From: Verrucomicrobiota bacterium
GTDB taxonomy: Bacteria; Verrucomicrobiota; Verrucomicrobiia; Opitutales; Cerasicoccaceae
Assembly: GCA_039818205.1 (NCBI GenBank)
Contig: JBCBUK010000017.1
Coordinates: forward strand, 1-64,000
Direction: 5' to 3'
DNA: 64,000 bases
Position 1 is the stretch's first letter; every line of letters begins with the position of its first letter. This document shows, piece by piece, positions 29,728 through 37,810 of the stretch. The notes under the pieces were generated by a model. It did not search any database. It saw only the letters and a list, made by a program, of their open reading frames with translations, and was not told the origin of the DNA. The translations under genes and the position numbers were made by a program.

Positions 29728-31185
29728 GTGGCAATGATGCGTTGGTTCGGTTCATTTCGTGCTCGAGTGGCGATCTTTAGCGCGCTGCTGATTTGCCTTA
29801 TCGTATTTGGCCTGGCGATGTCATTGCGACTCGTGATGCGGGACTTGTTAGTGACCAGTCTCGACCAACACATCCGCGCGCAAGCGGATCACTATTCAGA
29901 TGTTCGTCATTTCTTGAGCATCGATCCTTACCAATTGTCGAGCGATCCCTTGCCGTCGGTTCCATCCGCCGAGATCCCGGTAACATTCCTTGCCTACGAT
30001 TCCGATGGCGTCTTGCTGTTAAATCGTCGAGTCCCGGCCCATTTATCATCCAGTTTGATTTGGGAAGACATCGATCGTGAGCTCGGAACACGGGCCTTCG
30101 ATGCCTATCGGTGCATTGACTTTGATAGCCCGAAGGGTAGCTGGCGCTTTGTGATTAGTCGGGATGGCGAAACAACCTTTGTCTGGGGGCGCCCGCAGCG
30201 AACGGTGGAGCTTGCTATGGGCAAGCTGGATCGTGCCTTTTGGTTCCTGCTTCCACTAGCGCTTATAACGGCAGCTTGGGGTGGGTGGGAGATCGGTCGT
30301 CGGACGCTGCGCCCAGTCTCGAACTTGGCTAAGCAGATGCGTGAGATCGATGCCGCTGGTCTTGATAAACGTCTCGATGAGTCGGGGGCTGCGATGGAGA
30401 TTCGAGAGCTTATCCGAAACCACAATCGCATGCTCGACCGCTTGGAACGTCAGTTCCACCAGGCGTCACGGTTTAGTGGCGATGCGGCACATGAGCTCAA
30501 CACGCCATTGACCGTCATGCAAAGTGAGGTCGAAGCCCGCTTACGCTCCGAGGATGCTTCGCCCTCCGACCTGCGCTTGTGCGAAAGTATTTTGACCGAG
30601 ATTATGCGCCTGAAATCGATGGCGCAAAAGCTATTACTCCTGGCCCAGAGCGACACTGGTAATCTTTCGACGTCATTGGTTCGATTCGATTTCGCAACAC
30701 TCGTTGAAGACCTCTGGGAAGATATTCCCTTGATTAAGCCGGACCTGATCTGTGAATCCGATTTGATCTGGGATGTCTACATTGATGCGGATCCCGATTT
30801 GCTTCGACTCCTTGTTCAGAATCTTCTGACGAATGCGATTCGATACTGTCGACCAGATGGCTCCGTTAAAGTCGTGCTGAGGGTTATCGCTGGCTACGCG
30901 GAGCTTACGGTTTCCAATACTGCCGATCCAATCCCTGAACCGCAATCAGTCTACCTTTTTGATCGTTTCTATCGGACGGAAGAGGCGCGTGCGAATGCCG
31001 ACGGTAGTGGGTTGGGGCTCAGTCTCGCCCAAGAAATTGCAGTTGCCCATCAAGGTGATCTGACGCTTTGCCGAAATGATTCCGGAGTGGTGGCGTTTCG
31101 GTATCGTCATCCCGTGGTGCCAAAGCCTAGATACAACGAACGACGATCGCTTTCGCTTCCGGAGGTGGGATGTTCCAACCACTGA
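29728..31185 (+). CDS. Sensor histidine kinase (two TM segments, HAMP, HisKA, HATPase)
   Basis: FSGDAAHELNTPL H-box, NLLTNAIRY N-box, LFDRFYR, GSGLGL. Confidence 0.93.
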   Translation: MAMMRWFGSFRARVAIFSALLICLIVFGLAMSLRLVMRDLLVTSLDQHIRAQADHYSDVRHFLSIDPYQLSSDPLPSVPSAEIPVTFLAYDSDGVLLLNRRVPAHLSSSLIWEDIDRELGTRAFDAYRCIDFDSPKGSWRFVISRDGETTFVWGRPQRTVELAMGKLDRAFWFLLPLALITAAWGGWEIGRRTLRPVSNLAKQMREIDAAGLDKRLDESGAAMEIRELIRNHNRMLDRLERQFHQASRFSGDAAHELNTPLTVMQSEVEARLRSEDASPSDLRLCESILTEIMRLKSMAQKLLLLAQSDTGNLSTSLVRFDFATLVEDLWEDIPLIKPDLICESDLIWDVYIDADPDLLRLLVQNLLTNAIRYCRPDGSVKVVLRVIAGYAELTVSNTADPIPEPQSVYLFDRFYRTEEARANADGSGLGLSLAQEIAVAHQGDLTLCRNDSGVVAFRYRHPVVPKPRYNERRSLSLPEVGCSNH

Positions 31186-31235
31186 TGGTTGAAAGTACAG
31201 CTTGCCTTGCTCGTGGTTGACTCCACGATTGCGCT

Positions 31236-32123
31236 ATGCCGTTACTCAATATCTCTCCCAAAGAAACTACCATCGGTTTTGTTGGCACTGGCGTCATGGG
31301 CCGAAGTATGGCGGGACATTTGCAGGCCGCCGGCTATCGCATCGCGGTCTATACGCGAACGCCTGCCAAAGCGCAAAGCCTGCTCGACGCGGGTGCCGTA
31401 TGGAAGGAATCCATTGCGGATCTCGCTCGGGATACCCAGGTGATCATTACGATGGTTGGCTATCCGGTAGACGTTGAGGAAATATATCTGGGCGAGGGTG
31501 GAATGCTCGCAGCTGCGGCACCGGGAACGGTTTTCGTGGATATGACGTCTTCGCGTCCTGACCTTGCACAACGAATTGAGTCAGAGGCAAAAGCACAGGG
31601 CTTACATGCGTTGGATGCTCCAGTATCGGGCGGTGATATCGGTGCGCGGGATGCAACGCTATCGATTATGGTTGGTGGCGAAGAAGCTATTTTTAATCAG
31701 CTTCGTCCGTTATTGGAAATGATGGGCAAGAACGTTGTCTATCAAGGTGGGGCCGGCAGTGGCCAGCACACGAAGATCTGCAACCAGATTGCGGGTGCTG
31801 CTAGCGTGATCGGGGTTTGTGAGTCGATGGCCTATGCGAAAAAGTCAGGACTGGACCCCGAGACCGTATTGCAGTCGATTTCCTCGGGCGCTGCAGGCAG
31901 TTGGAGCCTAACAAACTTGGCTCCGCGGGTCTTGCAAGATGACTTTGCGGCGGGTTTCTATATGAAACACTTCGTCAAGGATCTGAAGATTGCGGTAGAG
32001 AGTGCCGAAGCAATTGGCCTGAATATTCCGGGGACTAAACTTGCCAAAGAGCTCTACGAAAAGTTAGAGGCCGACGGTTACGGCGATCTAGGAACTCAGG
32101 CGCTCTTCAAATACTATCATTGA
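31236..32123 (+). CDS. Beta-hydroxyacid dehydrogenase (3-hydroxyisobutyrate dehydrogenase / tartronate semialdehyde reductase family)
   Basis: IGFVGTGVMG, LDAPVSGG, GQHTKICNQ, FVKDL. Confidence 0.9.
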   Translation: MPLLNISPKETTIGFVGTGVMGRSMAGHLQAAGYRIAVYTRTPAKAQSLLDAGAVWKESIADLARDTQVIITMVGYPVDVEEIYLGEGGMLAAAAPGTVFVDMTSSRPDLAQRIESEAKAQGLHALDAPVSGGDIGARDATLSIMVGGEEAIFNQLRPLLEMMGKNVVYQGGAGSGQHTKICNQIAGAASVIGVCESMAYAKKSGLDPETVLQSISSGAAGSWSLTNLAPRVLQDDFAAGFYMKHFVKDLKIAVESAEAIGLNIPGTKLAKELYEKLEADGYGDLGTQALFKYYH

Positions 32124-32131
32124 AGCTGGAC

Positions 32132-33289
32132 CTACTGCGAAAATATGTCGAAGACCTTTTTGTAGAGCAGCTTTTTTCCGTCGGCGATTGAACGTTCCCG
32201 CGTGTAATTTTCAGGCGCGATCGTATTGGCAGTTGTCTTGGGTGGTAGCTCCAAACCGCTTTCGACGATTCCTGCCATCACCTTTGCGGGCTTGCCCTGT
32301 CTTGATGCCTCCTTGAGGATCGAGCCCGGTCCTTTTCCTTGCAAAGAACTTGCGTCAAAACGGCCTTCGCCGGTTACGATTAGGTCGGCCGCGGCAATCT
32401 TCTTCTTCAGATCCAGCCACTTCTCAACGAGGTCAAATCCGGGAATCAGCTGGGCGTCACAGGCCACGCTAAGGCCAAATGTAATTCCGCCCGCGGCGCC
32501 CGCACCGGGTTGCATCATTTCGGTGCGTTCTTTACCGAAGAAGCTGCAAAGCTGTTTTGCCATCTCACCAAATCCTTTTTCAAATTTGGAAATTTCGAGG
32601 GGCGTAAGGCCCTTCTGCGGGCCATAAACATTAACGGCTCCATTCGGTCCGAGCAGTGGATTCTGAACGTCGCAGGCTATGTGAATCGGCGGGATATGCG
32701 GCCAAATTTCTCCTCTCATGCGGGTCACCCGTGGCCAGTCGCGGGGCAGGGTGTGGTCCAGCGTGTCAAGACGCTCATCAAGTAGCTCTAAGCCAATCGC
32801 TTCAAGCGCACCGAGACCGAGGTCGATCGTGGCACTACCACCGACACCGAGCAAGATGGCATTTGCTCCGGCATCAGCCGCTTCTGCGATGAGCTGGCCC
32901 GTTCCATAGGAGGTCGCTATCGAGGGATCACGCGCTTCTTCTGGAATCGATTGTAGGCCGCTTGCTTGGGCCATTTCAATGATTGCTAGGCGCCCAAAAG
33001 AAGGTAGTCCGAGCATCTTGCGGGCAGCGTCGGGCACCTTGGCAGTGTCTACGTATCCCATTTCCGCCTGCAATGGCTCCAGCTGCGGTCCGATGATTGG
33101 TTTGCTAATTATCTCGCCGTAGAGAGCACGCGTCAAGATACGGCAGAAGCCTTCGCCGCCGTCCGCTAACGGAGCCACGGTAACTTCCCAGCTCGGATGC
33201 GCCTTCCGCAGAGCTTCTTGCGCAACGGCACACGCCTCGAAGGCGTTCATCGAGTCCTTAAATTTGTCAAATGCGAACAGAATATGCAT
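32132..33289 (-). CDS. glxK: Glycerate kinase (GlxK/GarK family)
   Basis: FDKFKDS, PLADGGEG, EMAQASG, GGSATID, GPQKG, GAAGG, TGEGRFD. Confidence 0.92.
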   Translation of the reverse strand: MHILFAFDKFKDSMNAFEACAVAQEALRKAHPSWEVTVAPLADGGEGFCRILTRALYGEIISKPIIGPQLEPLQAEMGYVDTAKVPDAARKMLGLPSFGRLAIIEMAQASGLQSIPEEARDPSIATSYGTGQLIAEAADAGANAILLGVGGSATIDLGLGALEAIGLELLDERLDTLDHTLPRDWPRVTRMRGEIWPHIPPIHIACDVQNPLLGPNGAVNVYGPQKGLTPLEISKFEKGFGEMAKQLCSFFGKERTEMMQPGAGAAGGITFGLSVACDAQLIPGFDLVEKWLDLKKKIAAADLIVTGEGRFDASSLQGKGPGSILKEASRQGKPAKVMAGIVESGLELPPKTTANTIAPENYTRERSIADGKKLLYKKVFDIFSQ

Positions 33290-33380
33290 GTTCTCGGGTC
33301 AAATACATCACCTGCTCTTCGCGCAGCAGATACGTGGTTCAACGCTGCTAAGTGAAGAAGGTCGCAGGGTAAGTGCAAGT

Positions 33381-34457
33381 TTAGTCTTCTTCTTTATCGC
33401 CAAAGAGAATGTTTTCGCTTTGAGCAAGAAATTGCTCTCTGGCTTTGATGAGCTTTTCGGTTCTAGCCAGGGACTTCTCCCGGGTTGCAAGTTCCTCTTC
33501 TTTCTCACGCATTTGGGCACGCATCTGCTCCAATTCGGCCAATTCTTCGGGGGACGGACCGGCGCCGCCGCCACCTCCGCCTCCGCCGCCACCTTGCTTC
33601 TGGATGTCTTCACGCATCTGCTCGAGCTCGGTTTCGATTTCTTGGAGTCGTTGGCCTTTTTCAAAAAGACTTTCCTCACTTTCCTGGAGAAATAGTTCCC
33701 GCTCTTGGATGCTGGTCTCCATGGTTTGGAGCTCCATTTCTTTATTTTCAAGTTCTTCCTTTAAGCGCTGGAGTTCGGCTTGAGCCTCCGCGGAGAGTCC
33801 GCCGCCAGATTGATCTTTCTCAGCACTCTTGAGGGCTTCCATGCGCTCCTTCATGACCGTTTCCATGGTCTTCATCGCGCCTTCCTTGATTTCGAGCTCC
33901 GTCAATTTTTGTTTGAGGTTCTTCTCCCTTGCTTTGCGTCCCTCCAGTTCGTCCCGAACCACCTGCAGTTCAGCGTTCAAAGCCTCATTTCTCGCCTTGG
34001 CGTCCTCAAAGGAAGCCATGACGGTCTGCAAGCGTTCAAGCTCCTCAAGTAACTCTGGATTATTGCCGTTGGCGGTCGCGGTTTGTAGTCGGAGCTGGCG
34101 CTCCTCGATGCCTTTTTGGACAATGGCAATGAGCTCGTCCTCATCATAGGGCTTCTCAATGAAGTCGTAAGCGCCCAACCGAAGCGCTTTCAGGACAAAG
34201 TCGCGGGATTCGGCGGCGGTCATCATCACGACGACGACCCGCGTATCCATGCTTTTGAGGTTAGCGAACAGCTCGAGGCCCGTCATCCCGGGCATCTCAA
34301 TGTCGGAAAGAACCAGATCGATCTGGTTCTCTGCAAAAAGAGTTATCGCGTCTTCTCCCGAAAGGGCGTGCACCAACTCAATCCCGGTATCTTCGAAAAC
34401 CAGATCGAGCATTTCGTGGACGCCTTCGATGTCGTCAACTATGAGGACTTTTGCCAT
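33381..34457 (-). CDS. Response regulator receiver domain plus long coiled coil
   Basis: VLIVDD...SDIEMPGMTG...GAYDFIEKP, then E/K/L heptads with a poly-Gly insert. Confidence 0.85.
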   Translation of the reverse strand: MAKVLIVDDIEGVHEMLDLVFEDTGIELVHALSGEDAITLFAENQIDLVLSDIEMPGMTGLELFANLKSMDTRVVVVMMTAAESRDFVLKALRLGAYDFIEKPYDEDELIAIVQKGIEERQLRLQTATANGNNPELLEELERLQTVMASFEDAKARNEALNAELQVVRDELEGRKAREKNLKQKLTELEIKEGAMKTMETVMKERMEALKSAEKDQSGGGLSAEAQAELQRLKEELENKEMELQTMETSIQERELFLQESEESLFEKGQRLQEIETELEQMREDIQKQGGGGGGGGGGAGPSPEELAELEQMRAQMREKEEELATREKSLARTEKLIKAREQFLAQSENILFGDKEED

Positions 34458-34649
34458 TATATTTAGAGCGTGTCTGTTACCATAGAAAATAGAGGCCTGC
34501 TACGGCAAGCGTTATGATACCCTACTGCTTCGTAAGCCCTTGCCACCTAATTCTTACCGAAGTGGGGTCAGATTCAATTAGTGTGAAGGATTCGGCAGCG
34601 CTTAATGATAATGTGATATATATTTAGGTAACTCAAATTAAGCAAATTT

Positions 34650-35045
34650 ATGAAAATTTTACGATCTTTTACACTAATTGTCGCCTTTCTCGTGTTTTCT
34701 ACGGCTCTATGTGCTCAATCGGGCCGGATTGCCACCCATACTCAAATCTTTGAGAAATTGGACTCAACTAAGGTTCCGAGTTTGAAATTAAAGAAGGTCC
34801 CGCTTTCAAAGGTGATTGATTTACTCAACGAACAATCCCTTGAGCTCGATCCAGGACCCGTTGTTACCGGCGTCACTTTCATCAACTTAGATCAGGAGAA
34901 AGGTGACCCGTTGGTAAGTATTACCCTGCGTAACAGCAGTTTACGGAACGCTGTCGACCTGACTACTCGGAGTATCGGTTACACCTGGGACCTGAAAGAC
35001 GGCGCCGTCATTATTTTTGAGGAAAAAGAAAAAGTGCAGCGCTAG
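34650..35045 (+). CDS. Small secreted protein, secretin N-terminal (STN)-like
   Basis: Signal peptide; VPLSKVIDLL...VSITLRNSSLRNAVDL...YTWDLKDGAVII. Confidence 0.6.
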   Translation: MKILRSFTLIVAFLVFSTALCAQSGRIATHTQIFEKLDSTKVPSLKLKKVPLSKVIDLLNEQSLELDPGPVVTGVTFINLDQEKGDPLVSITLRNSSLRNAVDLTTRSIGYTWDLKDGAVIIFEEKEKVQR

Positions 35046-35150
35046 ATCGCGGAGATTGGCTCAAGCGCCGTCTCAGGGGGGCGAGTCGAGTTCGTGGACA
35101 AAAATCGTCTTTGCCTTTTAGAAGAATTTCCGAGGCAATATCTGCGTCCT

Positions 35151-36230
35151 ATGCGCCTGCTGCAATTGAACGTCGAAAACTTCCGAAATATAGCCTTTGC
35201 CTCCGTCGACCTTGGAGCGGAAAGCACGTTTCTGCTCGGATCGAATGGCCAGGGGAAAAGTAATTTGCTGGAGGCGGCGGGACTGATTACGGCCGTACGG
35301 TCATTCCGGACGACGGAGACTCGAGCAATGATTCGGCAGGGGGAAGCCCAAGGGCGGCTCCTTTACCACGTAAAGCACGAGCAACGAGGGGAGTGCGAGG
35401 TCGAGTTGGCGCTAGCAAGTGGGTCGAAGACCATCATGCTGGATCAAGAGACGATTGGCCGACTTGCCGATTTCATTGGGCTCTTTCCGGCGATTCCGCT
35501 CAGTTCGGAAGATATTCAGTTGCTTCGGGGCTCGCCGAGCCTGAGACGCCGTGCCCTGGATCTCATGCTCGCAGCCACGGATCCAGAATATTTCCGGACG
35601 CTTTCGCGGTATCATCAAGCGCTCAAGGATCGCAATAAGCTCCTGAAAGACTCAGCTCCTGCGGAAAATCGGCGACCTTTTGAGCGACTGTTGGCCGCCG
35701 AGGCCGTAAAGTTAAACCGTGCTCGGCAGATTGGTATTCAGCAGGTGTCTGAGGCCTTGGTAGAATGCTACCAGGTTCTGTGCGGAATCGACGAGCAACC
35801 GGCGCTCCACTACAAAATGGACAGTCCGGCCGAAGATGAAACGGCTTACTTGGCGATGCTGGTGCAAAACAGTCCACGAGACGAGGCGATTGGATCAACC
35901 CAGCGTGGACCGCATCGGGACGATCTCGTTTTTCGATTGAAGGGAAAGCCTGCGCGTGAGTATGCATCCGACGGCCAGCAACGTGGTTTGGTTGTCGCAT
36001 TTCGTTTGGCGCAACTACGGTATTTTCAAAGCTGCACCCAGATAGCGCCGGTGGTGTTGGCCGATGATGTTCTTGGCGAGCTTGATCCAAAGCGACGCGA
36101 CGGGTTCTGGCAGGCGGTTGGCAATGATTTGCAAGTCATCGCCACTGGCACCGAGCCACCCGTTGGCGATGCGCGCCAATGGCGGATTATCAAGGTTGAA
36201 TCCGGTACCTTCGAGCCCCTTGCCCGGTAA
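35151..36230 (+). CDS. recF: DNA replication/repair protein RecF
   Basis: NFRN, GSNGQGKSNLLEA, RSFRT, GPHRDD, SDGQQR, LADDVLGELD. Confidence 0.95.
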   Translation: MRLLQLNVENFRNIAFASVDLGAESTFLLGSNGQGKSNLLEAAGLITAVRSFRTTETRAMIRQGEAQGRLLYHVKHEQRGECEVELALASGSKTIMLDQETIGRLADFIGLFPAIPLSSEDIQLLRGSPSLRRRALDLMLAATDPEYFRTLSRYHQALKDRNKLLKDSAPAENRRPFERLLAAEAVKLNRARQIGIQQVSEALVECYQVLCGIDEQPALHYKMDSPAEDETAYLAMLVQNSPRDEAIGSTQRGPHRDDLVFRLKGKPAREYASDGQQRGLVVAFRLAQLRYFQSCTQIAPVVLADDVLGELDPKRRDGFWQAVGNDLQVIATGTEPPVGDARQWRIIKVESGTFEPLAR

Positions 36231-36985
36231 TGGATTGGCTGGGCTTAACGGCTGGTGATTGGGCATTCGCCCTGCTTGGAGCCCTGATGGTGGGGCTGGG
36301 TAAAGGCGGGCTTCCCGGCGCTGGTAACGTCACCATTTGGATTTTTGCGGAAATTTTCGGCGCTAAAGAGTCGGTGGGAATTCTGCTTCCTGTGCTTGTT
36401 TGCGCAGATACGGTGGCAATCGTTATCTACCGACGCCATGCTGATTGGAGTCTGGTTCGACGACTATTTCCGATCATGGGCATCGGAGTGATCTGCGGGT
36501 GGCTGCTTTTTGATGTCATCCCGGCCGCCGAGTTCTCTCTGGTGATGGGGTTTACGCTATTGCTGATGACACTTCTGCACTTTACCCGCCAGTGGATGTT
36601 GCGTAAGAAACAGGGGGATGATCCCGTGCCCCGTAGCCGTTGGTTTATTTGGTTCACGGGACTCGCCGGCGGGCTAGCAACGATGCTGGCGAACGCGGCT
36701 GGACCGATTGCTGCCTTTTACCTCATGGCGGTGCGTTTGCCGAAATTTGCCTTCATTGGAACGTCGGCCTGGCTCTTCTTTTTAATCAACCTGTTTAAGA
36801 TGCCTTTTCAGGCAGCTTCGAGCAATGTCACGCTTCATACGCTCAAGATCAGCCTGCTATTGGGCCTTGCGGCAGCGCTTGGTTGCATGGTTGCGCCGCG
36901 CATCGTAAAACACATTCCTCAGAAGCAATTTGAGTGGCTAGTCTGGGCGGTAATTGTCTTCGCTGGAGTGCGCCTGATTTTTTAA
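36230..36985 (+). CDS. TSUP (TauE/SafE) family membrane transporter
   Basis: Multiple TM segments; GLGKGGLPG and TMLANAAGP; TAATG coupling to recF. Confidence 0.88.
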   Translation: MDWLGLTAGDWAFALLGALMVGLGKGGLPGAGNVTIWIFAEIFGAKESVGILLPVLVCADTVAIVIYRRHADWSLVRRLFPIMGIGVICGWLLFDVIPAAEFSLVMGFTLLLMTLLHFTRQWMLRKKQGDDPVPRSRWFIWFTGLAGGLATMLANAAGPIAAFYLMAVRLPKFAFIGTSAWLFFLINLFKMPFQAASSNVTLHTLKISLLLGLAAALGCMVAPRIVKHIPQKQFEWLVWAVIVFAGVRLIF

Positions 36986-37047
36986 AAAAATCTCATTATC
37001 TGCGCTTGACGAAGCGCATCCTAACTGTAGGGTTACGCGCTTCCGTT

Positions 37048-37121
37048 AGGCCCATGGTGTAATGGTAGCACAGAGGTTTTTGGTACCTTTAGTTGGGGTT
37101 CGAGTCCCTGTGGGCCTGCCA
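37048..37121 (+). tRNA. tRNA-Gln(TTG)
   Basis: AGGCCCA acceptor stem, anticodon arm GAGGT-TTTTGGT-ACCTT, GTTCGAGT T-loop, encoded CCA. Confidence 0.95.
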
Positions 37122-37125
37122 ATTT

Positions 37126-37166
37126 TATAAAAAATCCAGCGCTTTCCGGCGGCTGGATTTTTTTAT
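37126..37166. terminator. Bidirectional terminator between tRNA-Gln and the CYTH gene
   Basis: AAAAAATCCAGC...GCTGGATTTTTT inverted repeat. Confidence 0.8.
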
Positions 37167-37663
37167 ACCGAGGTTAGTCCGTCTGACTTTTCCTCAGCGC
37201 TCCACTGCGAAAATGGGCGCTGGGCGAGCGCGGCATTCGTGTATTTTGGATCTTGGGTGACTTCTATGCTGACCCATGATGGTAATTCGACGCTCTCGCC
37301 TTCGGAATCCAGCTCGACTTCAGCTACAATGAGGCCCTCATTGTCTCCCGTGAAGATATCGACCTCCCAAACATGGCTTCCATGTTGGATCAGGTGGCGG
37401 GTCTTTTCGATCAGTGGTTGTCGACATAGCTTGGCAAGGATCTCTCGGCCATCGTCGATGGGGATCGGATACTCAAACTCCGAACGGCTCATGCCCTGGG
37501 TTGGGCCTTTAATCGTCAAAAAACAGTCGTTCTCTCCGGTGATCCGGATCCGCACCACAGGGCCACTAGAATCAATATAGCCCTGGCTCATCGTCGTGTG
37601 CGATCCACTACTGGGTAATCGTTCAGGCTTCACGAGAAACTTACGTTCGATTTCGACGGGCAT
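37163..37663 (-). CDS. CYTH-domain protein (triphosphate tunnel metalloenzyme)
   Basis: EIERKF (ExExK), RIR, LTIKG, EFEY, EKTR, WEVD, AEVE. Confidence 0.93.
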   Translation of the reverse strand: MPVEIERKFLVKPERLPSSGSHTTMSQGYIDSSGPVVRIRITGENDCFLTIKGPTQGMSRSEFEYPIPIDDGREILAKLCRQPLIEKTRHLIQHGSHVWEVDIFTGDNEGLIVAEVELDSEGESVELPSWVSIEVTQDPKYTNAALAQRPFSQWSAEEKSDGLTSV

Positions 37664-37810
37664 GCTTAAAACGACAGTTATCGGTTGAGTATTGGCAGGC
37701 GAATATCCCTCAAAATTATTCAGGAATAACCCCGAGATTCAACGCTCTAATTTTCGATCCAATACCCCGATGCGAGAACACACTCGTGCAACCATCGAAT
37801 TTTTTCGAAA

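Noticed and set aside
31236..33289. Dehydrogenase plus glycerate kinase as a glycerate-pathway operon
   Set aside because: The genes are convergent and the dehydrogenase substrate cannot be assigned from motifs.
34605..34635. AT-rich stretch loosely resembling a dif site
   Set aside because: Poor match to both Xer arms; more simply the promoter of the 34650 gene.
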